Shown here: piece after piece, positions 8,388 to 16,170 of the stretch
How positions within the stretch are numbered: the first letter of the stretch is position 1
Layout of the letters: every line of letters starts with the position of its first letter
Source of the DNA: Gemmatimonadota bacterium
GTDB taxonomy: Bacteria > Gemmatimonadota > Gemmatimonadetes > JACCXV01 > JAHWKZ01
Length of the DNA stretch: 51,907 nucleotides
Reading direction: 5' to 3'
Assembly (NCBI GenBank): GCA_035699465.1
Contig: DASSPT010000042.1
Location: 1-51,907, forward strand
Notes under the pieces: model-generated
The model's input: only the letters and a program-made list of their open reading frames with translations
The model's database searches: none
Told to the model about the DNA's origin: nothing
Position numbers and translations under genes: made by a program

Positions 8388-9755
8388 ATGAGATCTCGAA
8401 CGTGGGGACTGGCCGCGCTGCTGGTCGCCAGTCCGTTGGCGGCGCAGGACGAGCTGCCGATTCGCACGACGACGCTCGACAACGGCTTGGAAGTCATCGT
8501 GATCGAGAACCACGCCGTGCCGCTCGTCACGATCGAGCTCGACGTCAAGAACGGCGCCTACACGGAGACTCCGGAGTATGACGGACTCTCCCACCTGTAC
8601 GAGCACATGTTCTTCAAGGCCAACCGCTCGATCCCGAGCCAGGAAGAGTACATGGAGCGCGTGAACGAGCTCGGCGCGGTGTGGAACGGCACGACCTCGA
8701 CGGAGCGGGTCAATTACTACATCACGGTGGGCGTCGACAGCCTCGAGCCCGGGCTCCAGTTCATGGAGGACGCCATTCGATACCCGCTCTTCGAGCAGGC
8801 GGAGCTCGAGCGCGAGCGCCCGGTCGTCCTGGGGGAGTATGACCGCAACGAGTCCAACCCGTTCTTCCATCTGGGCCGCGCCACCGACACGCTGCTGTGG
8901 TCGTCCGAATACTATTCCCACAAGAACGTGATCGGAGACCGCGAGGTCATCAGCACTACCACGCAGGAGAAGATGCGGACGATCCAGGAGCGGTTCTACG
9001 TTCCCAACAACGCGGCGCTGATCCTGTCCGGCGACATTACGGCCGAGCGCGGGTTCGAGCTGGCCCGGGAGGTTTTCGGCGACTGGCCGCGCGGCGAGGA
9101 CCCGTTCGCCAATCCGATCGCCGACCCGCCGCCTCTGACGGAGCCCAAGGCCGTCGTCGTCGAGCAGCCCGTCAACACCGTTTCCGTGTCCGTCAACTGG
9201 CAGGGGCCGAGCGTGACGACCGACCCCAAGTCGACGTACGTCGCCGACCTCCTGGCCACGGCGCTCGGGAATCCGACCAGCAAGTTCTACAAGGCGCTGG
9301 TGGAGAGCGGACTCGCGTTCGGCGTGAACTTCTCGTACTTCACCCAGATGCACGTGGGGCCGATCGCGATCCAGGCGCAGACGACGCCGGACAAGGCCCT
9401 GGAGCTTCACCGCGCGATGCTCGCCGAGGTCGACAAGCTCGGCGACCCGGGATACGTCACCCGGGAAGAGCTCGACGCCGCCAAGGCGGAGGTCGAGGTC
9501 GCCCAGATCTACGGCCGAGAGCAGGCCAGCACGTTCGCGCACACCGTGGGCTTCTGGTGGGCGATCGCGGGACTGGATTACTACCTGGGCTACGTCGACG
9601 GAATGCAGGCGGTCACCCAGGACGACATAGCGGAGTTCGCCCGGACGTACATGATCGGCAAGCCGCACGTAAGCGGCGTCCTCATCGACCCCGAGTCGCG
9701 GGCCGCCATCGACCTGACGGCGAGCGATCTGCTGGCCCAGGAGGTGGTCCAGTGA
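8388..9755 (+). CDS. M16 (pitrilysin/insulinase) family zinc peptidase, catalytic subunit
   Basis: Signal peptide and an inverted zinc motif HxxEH present as HLYEH. GGAGG lies 6 nt upstream of the ATG. Confidence 0.85.
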   Translation: MRSRTWGLAALLVASPLAAQDELPIRTTTLDNGLEVIVIENHAVPLVTIELDVKNGAYTETPEYDGLSHLYEHMFFKANRSIPSQEEYMERVNELGAVWNGTTSTERVNYYITVGVDSLEPGLQFMEDAIRYPLFEQAELERERPVVLGEYDRNESNPFFHLGRATDTLLWSSEYYSHKNVIGDREVISTTTQEKMRTIQERFYVPNNAALILSGDITAERGFELAREVFGDWPRGEDPFANPIADPPPLTEPKAVVVEQPVNTVSVSVNWQGPSVTTDPKSTYVADLLATALGNPTSKFYKALVESGLAFGVNFSYFTQMHVGPIAIQAQTTPDKALELHRAMLAEVDKLGDPGYVTREELDAAKAEVEVAQIYGREQASTFAHTVGFWWAIAGLDYYLGYVDGMQAVTQDDIAEFARTYMIGKPHVSGVLIDPESRAAIDLTASDLLAQEVVQ

Positions 9756-11059
9756 CGCGGCTGCTGATGTGCGGGCTGGCGGCGCTGGCGATCGCGCTGC
9801 CCGCCGCGGCGCAGGCGCAGGAAGCAGCGCAGGCCACCGAGTTCACCGTCGCCGGAATCCCGGTGATCTACAAGCCGATCCGCGCCAACGAGGTGATCGC
9901 CGTGCGGCTCTACATCGAGGGCGGAAGCGCGAACCTCGATCCCGAGACCGCGGGGATCGAGAACTTCATGACGGCAGCATCCACCCGGGGCACCGAGAAG
10001 TACACGCGCGACGAGTTCGCCGCGTTGTCCTCGGCGACCGGAACGGCGATCGGGGCGACCGCCAACCCTGACTACACCTTCCTGTCACTGCAGGCGGTGA
10101 GCGAGCACTGGGACCAGGCCTGGGACTTGTTCGCCCAGGCCGCGCTCCATCCGACGTTCCCCGACGAGGAGGTGGCGCTGGTCCGCGACCAGATCGTCAA
10201 CCAGCTCAAGGGACGGCTCGACAACCCGGACGCGTATCTCGCGCTCCTGGCCAACGAGCAGTTCTACGCCGGGCATCCCTACGCGGTCGATCCCCTGGGC
10301 ACCGTGGAGGCGGTCGAGGGGATGACGGCGGAGGACCTGCGCGCCTGGCACGCCGAGCGGATGACCAAGGAGAACCTCTTGCTCGTCGTCGTGGGAAACG
10401 TCCCGCGCGAGGACCTCGAGCGGAAGATCGAGGCGTCGTTCGGCTCGCTGCCCGCGACCGGCGGCGCGGCCAACCCGGTTCCCGAGCTGGCCCCGTCGGC
10501 GCCCGTGGTCGAGGTGACCGAGCGGGAGCTTCCCACCAACTACATCCGCGGGCAATTCCTCGCCCCCGATCCGGGACACCCGGACTTTCCCGCAATGCAG
10601 GTGGCCACCGACATCCTCTCCGACCGCCTGTTCGAGGAAGTGCGCACCAAGCGGAACCTCTCCTACGCCGTGTTCTCGGGGCTCTCGCAGCGGCGCGCGA
10701 ACTACGGTCTCCTGTACGTCACCGCGGTTCAGCCCGACACGACTCTCGCCGTCATGCTCCACGAGGTCGAGCGGCTGAAGACCGAGCCGATCAGCGAGGA
10801 GCGGCTGGCCGAGAACGTCAACGTCTTCCTGACCCAGTACTGGCTGGCGCAGGAGACGAACATGGGCCAGGCGGGGACGCTCGGGGTTTTCGAGCTGGTC
10901 GGCGGAGGGTGGGAGAACGCCGCGCGGTTCGTCGAAGGAGTCCGTCGGGTCACTCCGGCGGACATCCAGCGGGTCGCCGAGACGTATATGAAGGACTTCC
11001 ACTTCGTCGTGATCGGCAACCCCTCCACGATCGACGACGAGCTGTTCACGTCCCTGTGA
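9752..11059 (+). CDS. M16 family peptidase, non-catalytic partner subunit
   Basis: M16-like length and fold motifs but no HxxEH at the equivalent position (ENFMTAA). Signal peptide present. The GTG start overlaps the upstream stop (GTGA) and is preceded by GGAGG. Confidence 0.75.
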   Translation: MTRLLMCGLAALAIALPAAAQAQEAAQATEFTVAGIPVIYKPIRANEVIAVRLYIEGGSANLDPETAGIENFMTAASTRGTEKYTRDEFAALSSATGTAIGATANPDYTFLSLQAVSEHWDQAWDLFAQAALHPTFPDEEVALVRDQIVNQLKGRLDNPDAYLALLANEQFYAGHPYAVDPLGTVEAVEGMTAEDLRAWHAERMTKENLLLVVVGNVPREDLERKIEASFGSLPATGGAANPVPELAPSAPVVEVTERELPTNYIRGQFLAPDPGHPDFPAMQVATDILSDRLFEEVRTKRNLSYAVFSGLSQRRANYGLLYVTAVQPDTTLAVMLHEVERLKTEPISEERLAENVNVFLTQYWLAQETNMGQAGTLGVFELVGGGWENAARFVEGVRRVTPADIQRVAETYMKDFHFVVIGNPSTIDDELFTSL

Positions 11060-11838
11060 TCGAGCCGGGGGAGCTGGCCGAGCTGCGCGCGTTCGCGATC
11101 GACGCGGCGCGCGCGGCCGGCCGGATCACCCTGGAGACGTTCGGCTCGGCGCTCGGCTTCGACACCAAGCCCGACGGCTCGCCCGTCACCGACGCCGACC
11201 GCCGCGCGGAGGAGCTCCTGCGCGGGCGGATCGCCGAGCAGTGCCCCCGCGACGGGATCCTCGGCGAGGAGTTCGGCACCGCGGACGGCGATAGCGGCCG
11301 CGCCTGGACCGTCGACCCGATCGACGGCACCGCCTCGTTCATCCATGGCGTTCCCCTCTACGGAGTGCTGATCGGTCTCCTGGACGGCGACGAGGCCGTG
11401 CTCGGCGTGATCCACTTCCCGGCCCTCGACGAGACGGTGGCGGCCGCGCGGGGCGGGGGGTGCGGATGGTGGCAGCGGGGTGTCGACCGGTCGCCGGCGC
11501 GGGTGCGGCCGACCGACGCACTGGACCGGGCGCTCGTCCTGTGCACGGACTTCGCGCGGCTGGAATCGCCGGGTCGCTCGCTGGAGCGGCTGGCCCGGGG
11601 CGCCGGGCGGCTCCGCACCTGGGGGGACTGCTACGGCCACGCGCTCGTGGCGACCGGCCGCGCGGAGGCGATGATCGACCCCCGGATGAGCCCGTGGGAC
11701 TCGGCCCCGCTCCTCCCGGTCGTCGAGGAGGCGGGCGGCCGGTTCACCACGCTCGCTGGGGAGCGCCGCGCCGTGGGAGGGAGCGCGCTCTCGACGAACG
11801 GCGCCCTCCACGGAGCGCTGCTCGAGCTCCTGGGGTGA
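11056..11838 (+). CDS. inositol monophosphatase family protein (possibly histidinol-phosphatase type)
   Basis: EE...DPIDGT (WTVDPIDGTASF) and WDSAP motifs. The GTG start overlaps the previous stop (GTGA). Confidence 0.75.
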   Translation: MIEPGELAELRAFAIDAARAAGRITLETFGSALGFDTKPDGSPVTDADRRAEELLRGRIAEQCPRDGILGEEFGTADGDSGRAWTVDPIDGTASFIHGVPLYGVLIGLLDGDEAVLGVIHFPALDETVAAARGGGCGWWQRGVDRSPARVRPTDALDRALVLCTDFARLESPGRSLERLARGAGRLRTWGDCYGHALVATGRAEAMIDPRMSPWDSAPLLPVVEEAGGRFTTLAGERRAVGGSALSTNGALHGALLELLG

Positions 11839-11858
11839 TCGCCACCGGGTGGCCCGCC

Positions 11859-12443
11859 TCAGCTGCCCGGCGCAGCGGGCCGCACCGATCCGTTCCGGAC
11901 GATGGACTCGATCGACGGGAGCGCGGCGAGCGCGGCATCCGACGGGCGCCGGAGCGTGCCGGCCGCCGGGCCCGGCTCGTGGAGCGCGTCACGGGCGCCG
12001 CCCTCCGGCACGACCACGATCCGCCCTACCATGCCGGCCATCTCGTGGGGAATGCAGTAGTAGTCGTAGACGCCGGGAACGTCGAACCGCCGCTCGAAGA
12101 CCTCCCCGGGCCGGGTGAGGATGCCCGAGTCCCAGGGCTCGGCGCCGGCCGGGATCCGGGGCGCCCAGCCCCCGTTGGCGGGGTGGTAGGCGGTCGTCGA
12201 GTGGACGTTCGCCTCGAGCACCCAGCGGACCGTGGTGCCGGGGACGACCAGGAGGCCCACCGGGTCGAACCAGACGTGGGAGCCCCGCGAATCGCTCCGC
12301 ATGCGGATCTCGGCCACGCGCCGCGCGCTTCCCGCCAGCACCCGCCCGCGCCGTGCGCCGGCGAACCACGGGTCGGCCCAGGTGGCGGCCAGGCCGGCGA
12401 GCGCCAGCCCGCCGGCCCGCAGGAACTCCCGCCTCGTCGCCAT
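11859..12443 (-). CDS. Tat-exported type-1 copper (cupredoxin/plastocyanin-like) protein
   Basis: ATG 12443 is followed by the twin-arginine motif RREFLR. The type-1 Cu ligand pattern is H (NVHST)...C-x2-H-x4-M (YYCIPHEMAGM). It is the C-terminal portion of track ORF 11859..12938. Confidence 0.75.
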   Translation of the reverse strand: MATRREFLRAGGLALAGLAATWADPWFAGARRGRVLAGSARRVAEIRMRSDSRGSHVWFDPVGLLVVPGTTVRWVLEANVHSTTAYHPANGGWAPRIPAGAEPWDSGILTRPGEVFERRFDVPGVYDYYCIPHEMAGMVGRIVVVPEGGARDALHEPGPAAGTLRRPSDAALAALPSIESIVRNGSVRPAAPGS

Positions 12444-12445
12444 GC

Positions 12446-12856
12446 CTACTGGAGACCGGCCGCCTCCTGCGGCGACACGTACCAGAGGGTGACGTGGTAG
12501 TGGGGCTCGGCGACCCCGGGGTGGCCGGCGTTGTACTGGATGTCGACGTGGTCGACCTCGCCGCCTCCCACCGCGAGCCCCTCGAAGTTCTGGTGCCCGT
12601 TCATTCCCGCGAGCGGGATCATGTAGACCGAACTGACCAGGCGGCCCTCGCGGTCGTAGGCCAGGAACGGACCGGCCGGCAGGGTCGCGGGGTCGACGTA
12701 GAGGCTGCCCATGCCGGGGATGAAGTCCGGCAGATCGACGAGCGCGGACACGGCCTGGTAGGGCGCCGGAGGCGAAGCGTGTGTCTGAGCGCGGCCGGGC
12801 GCGGCGACGGTGAGGACAGCCGCGGCGGCCACGGCGAAGGGAGCGAGATTGCGCAT
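12446..12856 (-). CDS. hypothetical secreted His-containing protein (136 aa)
   Basis: AAGGAG SD and a signal peptide ending in AQ. There are several His clusters (GHQNF, HVDIQYNAGHPG, PHYHV). Its stop lies 2 nt before the cupredoxin ATG, so the two are probably co-transcribed. Confidence 0.6.
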   Translation of the reverse strand: MRNLAPFAVAAAAVLTVAAPGRAQTHASPPAPYQAVSALVDLPDFIPGMGSLYVDPATLPAGPFLAYDREGRLVSSVYMIPLAGMNGHQNFEGLAVGGGEVDHVDIQYNAGHPGVAEPHYHVTLWYVSPQEAAGLQ

Positions 12857-12964
12857 GCGAAACTCCTTGGATGAGGTCCGGGGGCTTTCCTTCGAGCCCC
12901 GTTTCCTCTATTCTACCAGGCATTGGAGAATTATGCAAGATGAAACTTATATAAATAGGGGAGC

Positions 12965-13612
12965 ATGACTCCAGAGAGGTTACCCGAAGGCACGAAGCGG
13001 GGGCTGTTGGATCTCCTGGTCCGCCGGGAGCGCACGGCGGAGGAGCTCGCGGCGCTGCTGGGAGTCAGTCCCACCGCCGTGCGCCAACACCTCGCCACGC
13101 TGGCAGGGCTGGGCCTCGTCGAACGCCGGAAGTCGGGGACCACAGGGGGCCGGCCGGCCTTCCTCTACCGGCTCACCGCGCATGCCCACCGGGCGTATCC
13201 CAAGCGCCACGACCTCCTCGTACGGGAGATCCTCGAAGCCGTGATCGAGCGGGAGGGCGAGGAGGAGGCGCTGGCCATCGTCACAGACGCGGCGCGCCAT
13301 CTGGCCCGGAAGGTACACGTCGGCGACGGGGAACCGGGGGCGCCCGGGCGCCTCGAAGCCCTTGCGGCCCGGCTCGAGGAGGAGTTCGCCTGGGAAGCCG
13401 ACTTCGAGAGGCGGCCCGACGGTGGCCTTCAATTCGTCGTCCACCAGTGCCCCTTCCAGGCCGTGTCGACGGAACACCCCGCGGTCTGCGGGGCCTTCTT
13501 CCGCACACTCCTCGAGGAGCTGACGAACGCGGGGCCGTTCCTCCATCGCCCTGTGGGGGACGGCATCTGCTGTTGCGCGCTGGAGTCCGCCTCCGAACGC
13601 GGGGCGAGCTAG
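12965..13612 (+). CDS. ArsR/SufR-like winged-helix regulator with C-terminal Cys cluster
   Basis: N-terminal wHTH (RTAEELAALLGVSPTAVRQHLATLAGLGLVE). The C-terminal domain carries C-x12-C-x26-CCC. It is divergent from the cupredoxin operon across an AT-rich 108-bp spacer. Confidence 0.65.
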   Translation: MTPERLPEGTKRGLLDLLVRRERTAEELAALLGVSPTAVRQHLATLAGLGLVERRKSGTTGGRPAFLYRLTAHAHRAYPKRHDLLVREILEAVIEREGEEEALAIVTDAARHLARKVHVGDGEPGAPGRLEALAARLEEEFAWEADFERRPDGGLQFVVHQCPFQAVSTEHPAVCGAFFRTLLEELTNAGPFLHRPVGDGICCCALESASERGAS

Positions 13613-13652
13613 AGGTCCCACCTGCCGTCGACCCAAGTCGTCCTGATGCGGA

Positions 13653-15002
13653 CTAGGCCAGAGAAGCCCCGTTCGTGCGGATCACATTCGCGTAGTAGCG
13701 CGCGCTATCCTTCCAGGTGCGGGCCTGCGTCTCGAAGTCGACGTGGATGATGCCGAACCGCTTGGTGTATCCGAGCGCCCACTCGAAATTGTCGAGCAAC
13801 GACCACACGAAGTATCCCCGCAGGTCGACCCCTCGATCGATGGCGCGGTGGGCGGCGCGCAGGTGCTCCCTGAGGTAGACCACGCGCAGCGGGTCCTGCA
13901 CCCCGTCCTCGTCCGCGACGGGCGGATCGTAGAACGCCGCGCCGTTCTCGGTCACGTACAGAGGAATGTCCCCGTACCGCTCGCGCACGCTCACGAGAGT
14001 TTCCACGAGGCCCTCCGGATACACCTCCCAGTGCGTCCGGGTGTGGGTCGATCGGCGCTGCCACACCCGCGCCGTGCCGGGTGGCAGGAGGACCGGGGCC
14101 TCGCGGACCACGGTGCGCGAGTAGTAGTTCACCCCGAGGAAGTCGATGGGTGCACCGATCGTCTCGAAGTCGGCGGTGGGGAACTCCGGCCACGCCTGGC
14201 CGAACATCTCGCCCATCGCCGCGGGGTATTCCCCGAGAAAGACCGGGTCGAGGTACCAGCGATTCATGTAGGCGTCCGCGCGCCGGGCGGCTTCGCGGTC
14301 GCGGCGGCGATCGCTCGCCGCATGCTTGGGCTCGAGGTTCACCACGAGCCCGATCTTCCCGCGCCCCTCGGCCCGGTAGGCGCGGACCGCGTGGCCGTGC
14401 GCTCGCAAGAGGTTGTGGGCGGCGATCGGGGCCTCGAACAGGCTCCGGTGGCCCGGAGCCAGCGCGCCGTGGAGATACCCGCCGTCGACGACCACCCAGG
14501 GCTCGTTGAGCGTGGACCAGAGAGCCACACGATCGTCGAGCGATCGAAAGACCGCGCTCGCGTAATCGGAGAACCACCCCGCGATGTCGCGGTTGAGCCA
14601 GCCACCCTGGTCATCGAGCGCGGCGGGCAGATCCCAGTGGAACAGCGTGACCATGGGCTGGATGTCGTGCGCCAGGAGTGCGTCCACGAGTCGCTCGTAG
14701 AAGTCGAGCCCCGGCCGGTTCAAGGGGCCGCGGCCGGCAGGGAACACCCGGCTCCACGAGATGCTGAACCGGTAGGATCGTAGCCCCAGCTCGGCCATGA
14801 GAGCGACGTCCGACTCGTAGCGTCGGTAATGATCGCAGGCGACGTCGCCGGTGTCGTCCAGCCGCACATTGCCGGGGGTATGCACGAACCGGTGCCAGTT
14901 GCTGGGCCCGGCGCCGTCGGCGAGGGGCGAGCCCTCGATCTGGTATGCCGAGGTCGCCGCCCCCCAGAGGAACTCGTCGGGGAACCGATAGTCCGGGCTC
15001 AT
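13653..15002 (-). CDS. GH1 beta-glucosidase
   Basis: FLWGAATSAYQIEG, TLNEPW (acid/base Glu) and YVTENGAA (nucleophile Glu). The start is ATG 15002 or the in-frame GTG 15017. Confidence 0.9.
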   Translation of the reverse strand: MSPDYRFPDEFLWGAATSAYQIEGSPLADGAGPSNWHRFVHTPGNVRLDDTGDVACDHYRRYESDVALMAELGLRSYRFSISWSRVFPAGRGPLNRPGLDFYERLVDALLAHDIQPMVTLFHWDLPAALDDQGGWLNRDIAGWFSDYASAVFRSLDDRVALWSTLNEPWVVVDGGYLHGALAPGHRSLFEAPIAAHNLLRAHGHAVRAYRAEGRGKIGLVVNLEPKHAASDRRRDREAARRADAYMNRWYLDPVFLGEYPAAMGEMFGQAWPEFPTADFETIGAPIDFLGVNYYSRTVVREAPVLLPPGTARVWQRRSTHTRTHWEVYPEGLVETLVSVRERYGDIPLYVTENGAAFYDPPVADEDGVQDPLRVVYLREHLRAAHRAIDRGVDLRGYFVWSLLDNFEWALGYTKRFGIIHVDFETQARTWKDSARYYANVIRTNGASLA

Positions 15003-15020
15003 GCCTCGCCGATCCACCCC

Positions 15021-16157
15021 ATGCCGGGTTTGACAACTCTCCAGCCGGTACTATACGATGGATATGGAAACGTTTCCACCGGGCCTGGCCCCTGGGGGAG
15101 GGTTCTGAGCGCGACGATCAAGGACGTGGCTCGCGAGGCGGGGGTGTCGATCGGAACCGTGTCCCGCGCGTTCAACGGCAACGGGCCGATCCGCGAAGCG
15201 ACACGTCAGCGTGTGCTCACGACTGCGGAGGCATTGCGCTACGTCCCCAACAGCGCGGCCCGCACCCTGATAACCCGGCGCACGATGACGATCGGGGTCT
15301 TGCTGCCCGACCTCTACGGCGAGTTCTTCTCCGAGGTCATCCGGGGCATCGACACCGCGGCCCGTCGCCTCCAGTACCATCTGCTGGTCTCGAGCTCCCA
15401 CAACGACACGGACGAGATCCGCGCCGCCCTGCGCGCGATGCGCGGGCGAGTGGACGGCTTGATCATCATGTCGCCGAACATCGATGCTCGTACGCTGGAG
15501 ACCAACCTCCCGCCGCATCTCCCGGTCGTCCTGCTGAATTGCCGCGTCGAGGGCGGAGCGTACGACTCGATCAACGTCGACAACTTCGGCGGGGCGCATT
15601 CGATGACCCGCCATCTCCTGGACGCCGGACATCGTCGGATCGCCTTCGTGCGGGGGCCGCGGGGGAACTACGATGCCGAGGAACGGCTGCGGGGATATCG
15701 AGCGGCGCTGATCGAGTACGGCCTGGAGTGCGGGCCGGAATGGGAGGTGACGGGCGACTTCACCGAGGCCGGTGGAGAGCGCGCGGCGAGCGAGCTTCTG
15801 AATCGGCATCCCCGTCCTTCCGCCGTGTTCGCGTCCAACGATTCGACCGCTATCGGGGTGCTGAGCGCCCTGCGCGCGGCCGGCTCGTTCGTCCCTGAGG
15901 AGATCGCGGTGGCGGGGTTCGACGACATCCCGGTCGCCCGGTATCTGACTCCGCCGCTCACGTCCGCAGGCGTCTCCATCACGGGGCTCGGCGGATTCGC
16001 GACCGACAAGCTCCTGCGTGCGATTGCCGAACGGAACGAGCACGCCAAACAGAATGAGATCCTGCCGGTACGACTGACCGTTCGCGACTCCACGGCGACG
16101 CGAGCCCATGAGCCGCAGGGCTCATCGCGTTCGCCTCTCTCCCACCCTGCAGCATGA
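15021..16157 (+). CDS. LacI family transcriptional repressor (start codon uncertain)
   Basis: The HTH TIKDVAREAGVSIGTVSRAFNG begins at about 15114 and is followed by a periplasmic-binding-fold sugar domain. The only canonical in-frame starts are ATG 15021 and TTG 15030, which put the operator and promoter inside the CDS. A CTG at 15105, just after GGGGGAGGG, is the alternative. Confidence 0.8.
   Translation: MPGLTTLQPVLYDGYGNVSTGPGPWGRVLSATIKDVAREAGVSIGTVSRAFNGNGPIREATRQRVLTTAEALRYVPNSAARTLITRRTMTIGVLLPDLYGEFFSEVIRGIDTAARRLQYHLLVSSSHNDTDEIRAALRAMRGRVDGLIIMSPNIDARTLETNLPPHLPVVLLNCRVEGGAYDSINVDNFGGAHSMTRHLLDAGHRRIAFVRGPRGNYDAEERLRGYRAALIEYGLECGPEWEVTGDFTEAGGERAASELLNRHPRPSAVFASNDSTAIGVLSALRAAGSFVPEEIAVAGFDDIPVARYLTPPLTSAGVSITGLGGFATDKLLRAIAERNEHAKQNEILPVRLTVRDSTATRAHEPQGSSRSPLSHPAA
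15065..15078. promoter_or_regulatory. LacI-family operator, perfect 14-bp palindrome TGGAAACGTTTCCA
   Basis: The palindrome has a central CG and matches the general LacI/cre-type TGnAAnCGnTTnCA pattern. It lies between the divergent GH1 and LacI genes. It overlaps the candidate -35 of the GH1 promoter and sits just downstream of a TTGACA (15030-35) / TACGAT (15054-59) candidate promoter for the plus-strand operon. Confidence 0.75.
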
Positions 16158-16170
16158 GGAGGTCTCGGCA

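Noticed and set aside
10385-10400. A second partial copy of the LacI operator half-site (TGGGAAACGTCCCG) inside the M16 partner gene.
   Set aside because: It is an imperfect half-palindrome inside a coding region unrelated to the sugar locus, and most likely chance.
12879-12900. A GGGGCT-ttccttcg-AGCCCC hairpin in the cupredoxin/regulator spacer, considered as a terminator or operator.
   Set aside because: The stem is only 6 bp. No upstream gene needs termination in either orientation. It may simply be 5'-UTR structure, so it was left unannotated.
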